Source of the DNA: Octopus sinensis
Lineage: Eukaryota
DNA length: 64,000 bases
Assembly: GCF_006345805.1 (NCBI RefSeq)
Contig: NC_043002.1
Coordinates: 51,460,001 to 51,524,000, forward strand
Reading direction: 5' to 3'
Shown: positions 53,751 to 63,315 of the stretch, in pieces
How positions within the stretch are numbered: the first letter of the stretch is position 1
How the letters are laid out: the number at the start of each line of letters is the position of its first letter
The notes under the pieces: generated by a model
Told to the model about the DNA's origin: nothing
Database searches by the model: none
The model's input: only the letters and a program-made list of their open reading frames with translations
Position numbers and translations under genes: made by a program

Positions 53751-54627
53751 TATATCTCAATATCTTCACTAAAAGCGTTGGTGGGAGACCCCAGCGAGAT
53801 GCAAGGGGTAAGTTTCGAGGTGAGAGAACGAAGCAAGTGTTTTGTGCAATTTGAGAAGTTTGACACAATGAGAATGAGGAAAGGAAGGGATGTCAGAGAG
53901 ATTTAAATAGAGAGACTTTGTGAGCAGAGGTCTTGATATCTAAAATAATAAACGCGAAATTCTGTCTGTCCGAGACCCCTTTATCTTAGTCTACATTTGC
54001 TCTGCAGAGATATATTATACCTTTTTGGAATCAGGATGATCACGGGATTGAAAATCTGCCCTTCATCTGGTTCTTGAACATCCAGCTTTAGCATATGATC
54101 TAAAAGCATTTGGGTTGCTATTTCTAGCAGCTAAAGCTTGGCTGCTTCACGTCATCTTGCTTGGCGTTTTCATATGACGTTAATATTCAGGGGAGATAAA
54201 TGACATTCGCTTCGTTAATTTTACGTCAAGATAAGAACTTTGGGACAAATTGGCTAAAAGTTGGAATTCAACTTGGGACTGGAAGAATAGTATGATTACT
54301 TTACAGAATTAATTCTCGTCCGTCCTTAACCTCTGATCAAACACCACCGGAGTACAAAGTCATTATAGATGTATTATAAGTCATACTATTTAGCTCTCTT
54401 CAGTTTCGGGTTGGAAGCCCAATTAACCCTACGTAGAAGATAGCTCAACAGTTCGCACGGAGTGCGGCTTTTAAGGTAGTTATCAATAAAATAGAAAGGA
54501 GTATATATTTTGTATCATTCCAAGATGATAAGTAGTGCAATCGAAACCAGCATCTCTCATGGCTGCAAATAAATCTTCTAAACTATTTCGCCATAGTGTA
54601 TCTACGATATATATATATATATATATA

Positions 54628-54662
<35 letters not shown>

Positions 54663-54731
54663 GAGTAATTGCATTAAGCCGTGTTTACGTATAATCACAA
54701 TAATCGCAATTTAGGTTAGTTGAAATATGCT

Positions 54732-54930
54732 TGTCATATATTTCAACTGCTAAAAGCAAATACACTGTACCTAAGAGAGGGTTGCCTCTCTTAGGTACAT
54801 CTCATCAAGAGTCAATAACCTCGAAACATCGATGTCTGAGTTTCCCGAGAGATAACGACACTGAAGAGAGAATTTTTCTCCATAGTAACCGCAGTGTGTT
54901 TTGCCTTTAGCAGTTGAAATATATGACAGA
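54732..54930. repeat. Inverted-repeat cassette containing a perfect 15-bp hairpin and a candidate type II hammerhead
   Basis: ~37-bp arms 54732-54768 / 54892-54930; TGTACCTAAGAGAGG-GTTG-CCTCTCTTAGGTACA 54766-54799; HHR-like core at 54820-54870. Confidence 0.8.
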
Positions 54931-55030
54931 CATAGCAAATAAATAAATAAGTTAACATAATTCAATGTCTAAAAGTTGAGGAACCACCTATTGTTCTCCA
55001 TTTTCTTATTTGCTATATATATATTGACTC

Positions 55031-55069
55031 CTGCTCCTGAAGAAGAGCTTTGTTCAAAACATCAAGCAA
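55031..55069 (+). ncRNA. Decayed minimal HHR, first copy of a tandem pair
   Basis: CTGCTC-CTGAAGA-A-GAGC-TTT-GTTC-AAAA-CAT-C-AAGCAA (G12>A). Confidence 0.5.
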
Positions 55070-55400
55070 CCTTTCTTTCCTTCCCTCAGCGTCTTTTAAT
55101 ACTTCGTATGTATCATTTCCTCGCATTATTGTTTTTTCTTGTGTTTTTTCTTCATTTTGGGGGAATGGGGGATTAACTATTTACCGCACGCTCACACGAA
55201 CCTCCGTCCTTCCGACTGGCTTTGGGGTACCTAATTCACTGAATTCTTTCTACCTTATTCAGAGTACGCCATTTCTGCACCTTGATTATGAATCATTACA
55301 ATTTGTCCGTGTCTCTTCCTCTTTAATTCGATTGTCCCTCGATCTATCTTCTGTTCTACTTCCACTCTCCTTCTTTTTCTTTTGGATTTTCCTCTGCCTC

Positions 55401-55439
55401 CTGTTTCTGAAGAAGAGCTTTGCTCGAAACATTAAACAG
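55401..55439 (+). ncRNA. Minimal type I HHR, second copy of a tandem pair
   Basis: CTGTTT-CTGAAGA-A-GAGC-TTT-GCTC-GAAA-CAT-T-AAACAG; perfect 6-bp stem I and 4-bp stem II. Confidence 0.7.
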
Positions 55440-55504
55440 CTTTTCTTTCCTTCCCTGAGAGTCTTTTAATACTTTGCATGTACCACGTGTATTCGTTTAT
55501 TCTT

Positions 55505-55892
55505 TAACTTATTTCAGTAATTTTGACTACGGCCATGCTGGAATACTGCCTTTATTGGAACAAATCGACCCAGGAGTTATCCTTTGTAAGCCTAGTACTT
55601 ATTCTATCGGTCCTTTTTACTGAACTGCTTTGTTACGGGGACTTAAACACACCAACATCGGTTTCAAGCGATGATGGGAGGACAAGCATAGACAGACAAA
55701 TACATACATACATATATATGCACATACATAGATACATATATATACATCAGCCGAAATTGCGAAGATGATCTGGTTCTTGACTGAAGATTGAAGGCTTCGA
55801 ATGCCCCGTCCGTGTTTTTGTATCGTCTTCTAATGTTTCACGTTCTTGTCCCAGTTTGTATTTTTTACATTTACATATATATATATATATAT

Positions 55893-55939
<47 letters not shown>

Positions 55940-55946
55940 ATATATG

Positions 55947-55978
<32 letters not shown>

Positions 55979-56114
55979 TGTATGTATGTATGTATGTATG
56001 CATGTATATGGATTTGATAGACGGAAATTGAAAGAGGCCCGTCGTGTATATATATATGTGAATGTGTGTGTGTATGGATTTGATAGACGGAGATTGAAAG
56101 AGGCATGTCGTGTG

Positions 56115-56175
<61 letters not shown>

Positions 56176-56366
56176 TATATATATATATACATATATATGT
56201 ATATACACCACGGGCCTCTTTAATTTCCGTCTATCAAATCCACACTCACAAGGTTCTGGTCGGCCCGAGGCTTTAGTAGAAGACCCTTGCACAAGGTGCC
56301 ACGCAATGGGACTGAACCCAGAGCCACGTGGTTGGGAAGCAGATTTCTTACCACACAGCCACGCCT
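55505..56366 (-). mobile_element. SINE family B split by insertions in its internal microsatellite
   Basis: 3' half ~55505-55730, 5' half 56203-56366. Between them: a repeat fragment (55745-55870), (TA)/(TATG)n and two inverted copies of its own segment. Confidence 0.8.
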
Positions 56367-56693
56367 GCATATATATCTGTAAAGCTAATGATTTTAATTG
56401 TCTTATCTATGACAATTCAAACATGCGCTAACTAAAACTGGGGGAGGGGGGTCAAGCTGCACTCAAGACGTTGAGTGAAGCGTTATTAGTCAGTCAGAAG
56501 AAAAAGAGGATCGTCGGTTCGGCAATAGAGACCGATGGAATAAGTAGAAAGTTTAAAAAACGATAAGTACTGGGTCGCAGTCCAATGACTGAAACAAGTA
56601 AGAGATAAAAAATAAAATATCGATAGTAAAGGTGACTCCAATGTAAACCGAATTTATATGGCAGAAGTTTAATACTTAATACAGTTCTATATG

Positions 56694-56763
56694 TGCCCAC
56701 AGGCATATGGCGTAGTGGTTAAGAGATTGGGCTACTAACTCCAAGTTCGATTCTAAGCAGTGA

Positions 56764-56794
<31 letters not shown>

Positions 56795-57160
56795 GATAAT
56801 TTTCGTATGGTGTTTTAGACATTCACTAGTACAAAACCAAATATATGGCACCCTAGGCATAACACCAACATGAACTTCCAACTTGTTGTCTCTTGAGGTC
56901 TCTGAGTAAGACTTGGAGCCAACTTGTACAAATGTAAAGCAAAAGTCAAACATGGAATAATAATAATAATAATAATAACAACAACAACAACAACAACGAC
57001 AGCAACAACATCGAAGAATACCTTAGGAATGAGAACCCAGGTTCGAAATTTCCCCAAGACACCTGAAGAAGGCTGGAGGGTATATCAGCCGAAACATTGT
57101 GTTAACAACAAACAAGATGAAGACAAATATCCGTCAAATGTAAATAATGTAAATAATGTT
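56694..57160 (+). mobile_element. Composite tRNA-headed SINE-like element: Pol III head + (AAT)n + HHR-bearing tail
   Basis: A box TGGCGTAGTGG 56708-56718, B box GTTCGATTC 56745-56753, (AAT)n 56768-56800 and 56956-57010, HHR 57058-57103. Confidence 0.6.
57058..57103 (+). ncRNA. Minimal type I hammerhead ribozyme-like motif
   Basis: GACAC-CTGAAGA-A-GGCTG-GAGGGTATAT-CAGCC-GAAA-CAT-T-GTGTT. Confidence 0.72.
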
Positions 57161-57214
57161 AAATACTTAATATTTCAGACTTTATTAAGGAGACGAGCTA
57201 GTTGAATCATTACG

Positions 57215-57360
57215 TACGGATTTGAAATATTATTGAGGCCACCATTGCCTTTCATCCTTTCCGGAACGATAAAATAAGTACCAGTCAAAGACTGGAATCG
57301 ATGTAATCGATTTTGCACCCTCCTCTCAAAATTGCTGGCATTGTGCCAAAATTAGAACAA
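57215..57360 (+). mobile_element. SINE family C, 3' part
   Basis: GCCTTTCATCCTTTC..ATAAAATAAGTACCAG..ATCGATGTAATCGA..TTGTGCCAAAATTAGAA. Confidence 0.7.
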
Positions 57361-57617
57361 CTTTAGTTAAGTGATCCCGGTTGGTTTTGCAAGTCCGAAT
57401 ATATCCTGATAATGAACTCAATGAACTCAGAAATTGCTGGTATTAATTAATATTCACCTAGAAATAGCGAAAAACTACTATAATTACGACAGAATTCATT
57501 TTAAATCAAAACGTGACCGAATTAATTACAATCAAAACGGCTGAAAAACGAACACGAATTCCTCGAAAGAGGGAAAAATATATAACTATTTCATTGTGTC
57601 TGGGGAGAGCCGTTATC

Positions 57618-58036
57618 GGATCTGTTCGGTTTGAACGGCAGTTTTTTCTAGCGTGTCATATGAAATTGTCACCCATAATTATGACCCTAGTATCGATCTA
57701 TTGCATTTCAATCTCTTTTAGGGTTAGGGTTAGTTAGGGGTGGGGGGAAGGGTATCTTTTTTTCTTCACAAATGTAAATAAATCCAATCTGTTTCTTAAA
57801 CGAGGGACATATTCATACGGCACAGAATGTTGTTTACCTCAATGGACGTCACTGATTGGTTGAAATTGCAGAAATTGAAGAAAAAAACAACAAATATCTT
57901 ACAAACTATAGAATTTTCTCAATAAAGCCAAGAGAAAAAGATGTTTTATAAACACATTCTACCAGCATATGAAGTTTAAAATTTTTTAGTTACCTAGAAA
58001 TTATGTTAAAAACTGCCGTTCAAACCGAATAGATCT
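57618..58036. mobile_element. TIR element with internal TTAGGG repeats
   Basis: ~29-bp TIRs (G/A)GATCT(G/A)TTCGGTTTGAACGGCAGTTTTT; TTAGGGTTAGGGTTAGTTAGGG near 57718-57740. Confidence 0.75.
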
Positions 58037-58052
58037 CCGTTCCCTTTTAGTA

Positions 58053-58208
58053 CCCTATTAATTTAACACATTCACCGATCTGGTTTCCATTTATTTATTT
58101 ATTTATTTATTTATTTAATTATTTATTTTAATAAAATTTTCGTTGCATCTTGCAAACTTTTCAACGTCAATTGGAAACCAGACCGGTGAGTGTGTTAAAT
58201 TAATAAGG
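58053..58208. mobile_element. Small MITE
   Basis: ~37-bp inverted repeats 58053-58089 / 58172-58208 around (TTTA)n. Confidence 0.75.
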
Positions 58209-58489
58209 CACTAAAAGAGAATGATTCTTCCCAGACACAATAAAATATGCTTCAACAAGATTATTTTGAATATTGCGCCAATCCCCAAAAATTTCAGGCC
58301 TCGTGCCTACTGTAGAAAAAATAAATAATCCTGCAAACCAAATACCAAAATAAAATATATACATACAAAACGAAATATGTAAATATATCTACACACACAC
58401 ACGTACGTTCCTTTTAAAGGGAAACAACTTTTATGTACTTATATTTGAATTACTTCCCTTTAACTACATCACGTTCGGCCATAGTTTCA

Positions 58490-58690
58490 TAGTTTCAAAT
58501 TTTGACACGTGGAGAAGAATAATTTGATTACATGGACACTAGTATTTCACTGGTACTTATTTTATCGATCCTGGGAGGATGAAAAGCAAAGTGGACCAAG
58601 GTGGGATTTGAACTCAGAATGTAAAGACGGACGAAATACCGCTAATCATTTTGTCCAGCGTGCTAACTATTCTGCGAACTGACTGCCTTC
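58490..58690 (-). mobile_element. SINE family C
   Basis: CTGGTACTTATTTTATCGA..GGGATTTGAACTCAGAATGTAAAGACGGACGAAATACC. Confidence 0.78.
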
Positions 58691-58859
58691 TTCGGCAATA
58701 AATTTGAAAGGTGATCCGCACGTATTTGAGTAAATGTAGGGAATTGTTTAATTTCTATTTGCATCTCTTGAGTGTTTAATTGACGGTACATTTAAGTTTT
58801 CAACAGCCTATGAAAAATTTGAGCAATGTTAAATCTAAAAACTCTTAAATGGCTTATAG

Positions 58860-59530
58860 AAATAGTAGTGGTGGCATCGGAGGCGGCGGTAGTGGTAGCA
58901 GCGGCGGCGATGGTGGTGGTGGTGGTGGTTGGTCCGTCGTCGTCGTGGCGGTGACAGAGGTAGTGGTGACAGTGGCTGTGGTAGTAGTGGTAGTGGTGAT
59001 GGTGGCGGTGTCAGTAGCAGTGACGATGGTGGTAGTAGTAGTGGTGGAAACCATAGAGGCGGTGGTGGAGGTGTAGGCGACTGTGACAGTGACGGAGGTA
59101 GAGGCGGTAGAAGCGGAGGCGGTGAAGACGAAGGCAGAGGCAGTGGAGGCGGAGGCAGAGGCGGAGGAGGTGGAGCTGGCAGAGGCGGAGACGATGGTGG
59201 AGAGAGCGTTGCGTGCGATGGTGGATGCGACGCTGGAGGCGGAAGCGACGGCGGCTGTGGAGGCGGCAGCGATGGCGGCGGTGGGGGCGGAAGCGGCGGC
59301 AGCGACGGCAGCGGCAGCAGCGACGGCAGCGACGGCAGCGACGGCAGCGACGGCAGCGACGGCAGCGACGGCAGTGGCAGCAGCGACGGCAGTGGCAGCA
59401 GCGACGGCGGCGGTGGAGGCGGCAATGTTGGTAACAGTGGAGGTGGAGACGAAGGTGGTGGTGGTGGTCGTCGTCGTCGTACTCCTCCTCCTCCTCGTTG
59501 TCGTCGTCGTCCTCGTTGTCGTCGTTAACC
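58860..59530. repeat. GC-rich triplet array with 9-bp (GCAGCGACG)n core
   Basis: Six perfect GCAGCGACG units at 59317-59370 within GGC/GGT/GAC repeats. Confidence 0.92.
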
Positions 59531-59907
59531 CTAGTTGAGCACTGACTAGGCAAACCTCTAATTGAATGCATTCCCCGTCCTTTTTCCCCGCCAGACATTT
59601 AAGACAGCATTATCCAAATGTGTCGCCATCATAGAGACATACATCAACAGCTTTTAGATAAGAGCAAGAGACCAATGAGAACTAGTGGTAGACATCCATC
59701 CTTGATTAAAGACAGAAGTACGAACAAAATGCTTAGTGACAGAAAGACAGTCGTTCACTATTCAGGGATTTTTTATCAATGCCACAGATGTAATGAATGT
59801 CCGTCAATACATACCAAAACACAGAATGGTGTGGTTGATGAAGACAGATAGACCTTCTGACCAAGACAACCTTGTCTTTTCACAAAAAAAATTAAGATTA
59901 AGTAAAG

Positions 59908-60248
59908 GGGTAAAGACCCCTTTCGGTCATGAATGACCATGGGATTGCACCTAGAAAGTTACCCTCCTAGACACAAGTCCGGGCAAGGTTGTTTATGGAA
60001 GACCAGCAGTCGCCCATGCATACCAGCCTCCCCTCTCCACGCCCCCAGTGTTATCCAAGGGAAAGACAAAGGTTGATACAGCTTGGAACCAGTGACGTCG
60101 CAACTCATTTCTACAGCTGAGTGAACTGGAGCAACGTGAAATAAAGTGCCTTGCTCAAGAACACAACACGCAGCCCGGTACGGGATTCGAGCTCACAACC
60201 TCACGATCGTAAACTCGACGCTCTAACCACTGAGCCATGCGCCTTCAC
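59908..60248 (-). mobile_element. SINE family A, full length, low divergence
   Basis: Reverse complement of the 29685 copy; intact A and B boxes. Confidence 0.9.
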
Positions 60249-60334
60249 GATTAAGTATTTCTGCATAATTAGATATTGAAAGGAACAAAATACGAACGCT
60301 ATGTAATATTTTGAACACCGAGAAGAAGAATATA

Positions 60335-60552
60335 TATTTCTTTACTACCCAGAAGGGGCTAAACATAGAGGGGACAAACAAGGACAGACAGACGGATTAA
60401 GTCGATTACATCGACCCCAGTGCGTAGCTGGTACTTAATTTATCGACCCCGAAAAGATGAAAGGCAAATTTGAACTCAGAACGTAGCGGCAGACGAAATA
60501 CAACTAAGCATTTCACCCGCCGTCCTAACGTTTCTGCCAGCTCACCGCCTTC
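60335..60552 (-). mobile_element. SINE family C (variant tail)
   Basis: GTCGATTACATCGACCCCAG..TTTGAACTCAGAACG..CTGCCAGCTCACCGCC. Confidence 0.8.
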
Positions 60553-60829
60553 AGAAAGATGAATATAGTCAGCAGGTCAACTCGATCTTTTGGATACAGC
60601 TTTGTCACTGTGTAAGATTTCTCTTTCTATTTCTCACCTCACCACATTTTCTATTCACATGTTGATCTGGTTGAATGAAAATACAGAACAGATATATCCT
60701 GACCTTTGACCAGCTTCCGTCGGCTTCCGTCTAGCATGGATTCGCCCATGAAGCTGATACAAAGCAAAGATACTGAATGTATCCATAACTTACGCATACT
60801 GTTTAAAATAAATTTCCGGAGTAATTAAT

Positions 60830-61027
60830 GAGTTCAAATTTTGGCACTAAGTCAGTAATTTGGGGGTAGGGGATCGACCTCGGTGTTCAACAGTCATTTA
60901 TTTTATTGAGCCCGAAAGCGATAGAAGGTCAAGTCGACGCCGGTGGAACTTAAACTCAGAACGTAAAGACGGACGAAATGTCGCTAAGAATTTTTCTCTA
61001 CATGCTAACGATTCTGCCAGCTCGCCA
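60830..61027 (-). mobile_element. SINE family C
   Basis: Same body, ending CTGCCAGCTCGCC. Confidence 0.75.
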
Positions 61028-61404
61028 ACCTAAATTTCTGGTCTAACTAATATTATAAAAGTAATATTTTCCATGTGACCAAATGCTACCTCTCTAGTCT
61101 CAGCTCAAGTGTTATGTACTTCAGTACACTCACTTTAGAGTGTTGGCTTGGAAGTCAACATAACCACCCAGAAACAGTTCAGAATAAATATACAGCGTAG
61201 TCTACAATATATTACCACAGAAACATCTCTTTCCACACAGACGAAGGATTAGACTCGATGCGTCAAATTTCTCTTCTCCCTATCCTAAAATAACTTTTAT
61301 ACCAAATTTATGAACTTCATTAATAGTTCTAAGATTAATTTCCAGTGGAAACGTCTTAGCTGTTTTTGTTCCAGGAATCCCTAAATTACATACAAATAAT
61401 ATTG

Positions 61405-61605
61405 AGTTCAAAGTTTGACACACGGCTAGCAATTTCGGGGGTGCCGGGGTAAGTCGTTTACATCGACCCCAATGTTCAACTGGTACTTATTTTATCGAAT
61501 CCGAAAGGATGAAAGACAAAGTCAACCTTGGCGGAATTTGAACTCAGAACATGAAGCTATCGATTCTGTCAGCCTGCTATCGATTCTGTCAGCCCACCGC
61601 CTTAT
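61405..61605 (-). mobile_element. SINE family C
   Basis: Same body, with a local duplication of GCTATCGATTCTGTCAGCC. Confidence 0.78.
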
Positions 61606-62239
61606 ATACAATTGCTATTATTAAATAGTTTGATATTCCCACATCAAACTAAGAATGTATTTGAAAATTACATTTTTAATTCCATAAAATATTACCCATG
61701 ATATAAAGCTAGAAATCTTAGATTTATTTTCCTGTTTTCATTAATCGAAAAGAGGCACGAGATTCGGTGATATAAAGGAAAGAAAGAGCGGTTGCAAGGT
61801 GTTATGCTCTTTTTGAAAATTGCAGTAAAAAAATTAGGTTTAAAAATACAAAATGAGTCGCAAACATAAACTTTTAAAATTGATTTCTTAAGTAACCAAA
61901 ATTAAATGTATTCCTAAAAAAGACAAAAAAGCGGGTAATTGTAACCTTGGAATATTTACAAAGATCTGTTACGAATGTAAAATTATTTAAAGTATTGTGA
62001 TCTTTAGACCTTTTTCAGAGACATAAGGTACACAAGTGAGGCGAAATAGAATACTATAGTGAGTTATCAGTTAATCAAATCTTAAAATTTTCGTGAAATT
62101 TGAATCTGTTATTCACGTGAAGTTACTGTGAGTAGAAATCAGCATCGGGGCATTTGTTGTGAATTTGGAGTATTTAGCTGTTGATGAGAAGTGTAGCTAT
62201 AGTACAAAACTATTTTTTATATATATATAGTTTGTATCT

Positions 62240-62990
62240 AATAACTAATTGAAACAGATCAGACAACGCAAGTCTAGATTGGGGTTGTGTATGGATGATA
62301 TTAGTGTGCGAAAGATTAAGGTGGAATGAATGATGTTATCATCTGCATTAGAGCTGGTGTACTTAGAAATGACAGTGGGAATGTTATTAATGTACAGAGA
62401 GAAGAATGTAGTATATGTAACTGAACTACAAGACACATCAGTGTTGTTATAGAATGTGATACGAGTTGTTCTAGTACGATTCATAGTAAACTTCAAGAAT
62501 TGTGATCAGCATAAATGCGTCTAAATTCACTAATGTATTTGTCATGTTAGAAACGATCAAAGTCTTTACAGTCAATTGCAACGCAACAGCATTAATTTCG
62601 CAAATAATCTCAAAGGCGAGACACCACTTGGCGTATGATATTAGATTCGTTGTTAATCTGATCCTACAGAAACTGTACTAAATGTCATTGAGGAGTGAAA
62701 GAGATTCAAAGTGGTGAAGAGAATGGGTGCTTTCAGATATCAGTGGGAACAGTATATAGCAATAAGAGGACTAGATACATTGTCACGTTTCTCTGTAAGA
62801 GAAATAGATTTTAAGTGTTTTCTCGGAATAGAAAATATCTTATAAGAGCACTAATTGAAGATTGTGGAAGGAATAATGTAGTCTTCTAAGTTTGGAGTGA
62901 GTGGAGAAGTTATCGTACTTCTGACTCTATGATGAGATTAGTGTAGAGTAAGGGAAATAAAAACAAGTTGAATAAGTTTGTGAAGATGCG
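62240..62990 (-). mobile_element. CR1/L2-like LINE RT remnant
   Basis: AIDCKDFDRF*H (D..KAFDRV.H motif) and TTFFSLYINNIP..SNADDNII (YADD region). Confidence 0.65.
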
Positions 62991-63315
62991 TGGCTCAGTG
63001 GTTAGAGTGTCGGGCTCACAATCTTGAAGTAGTGAACTCGATTGCCGGGCCGGGCTGAGTGTTGTGTTCTTGAGCAAGACACTTTATTTCACGTTGCCCC
63101 AGTTCACTCAGTTGTAGAAATGAGCTGCGACACCACTGGCGCCAAGCTGTATTGGTCCTTGATTTTCCCTTGGATAACATCGGTGGCGTGGAGAGGGAAG
63201 GCTTGTATGCATGGACGATTGCTGGTCTTCCAAAAACAACTTCGCCCGGACATGTGCCTCAGAGGGGAACTTTTTAGGCTCAATCCCATGGTCATTCATG
63301 ACTAAATGGGGTCCC
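62980..63315 (+). mobile_element. SINE family A, full length
   Basis: GTGAAGATGCGTGGCTCAGTGG head and shared body. Confidence 0.87.

Noticed and set aside
54483-54698. Protein-like reading DTLWRNSLEDLFAAMRDAGFDC
   Set aside because: No recognisable domain or convincing splice donor. The opposite strand shows a decayed AAGATGA..ATCGAAAC repeat-type motif, so it is probably the antisense of a repeat.
54771-54965. ORF resembling a secreted Cys-containing peptide (NYVNLFIYLLCLSYISTAKG...)
   Set aside because: It starts at TTG, and it lies entirely within an inverted-repeat/hairpin cassette that explains the sequence without coding.
476-56431. Dozens of long ORFs rich in Y/I, C/V, H/T, S/L, poly-M/V/G/T
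   Set aside because: They are translations of (TA)n, (CA)n, (CT)n and triplet microsatellites, which lack stops in some frames; no domain content.
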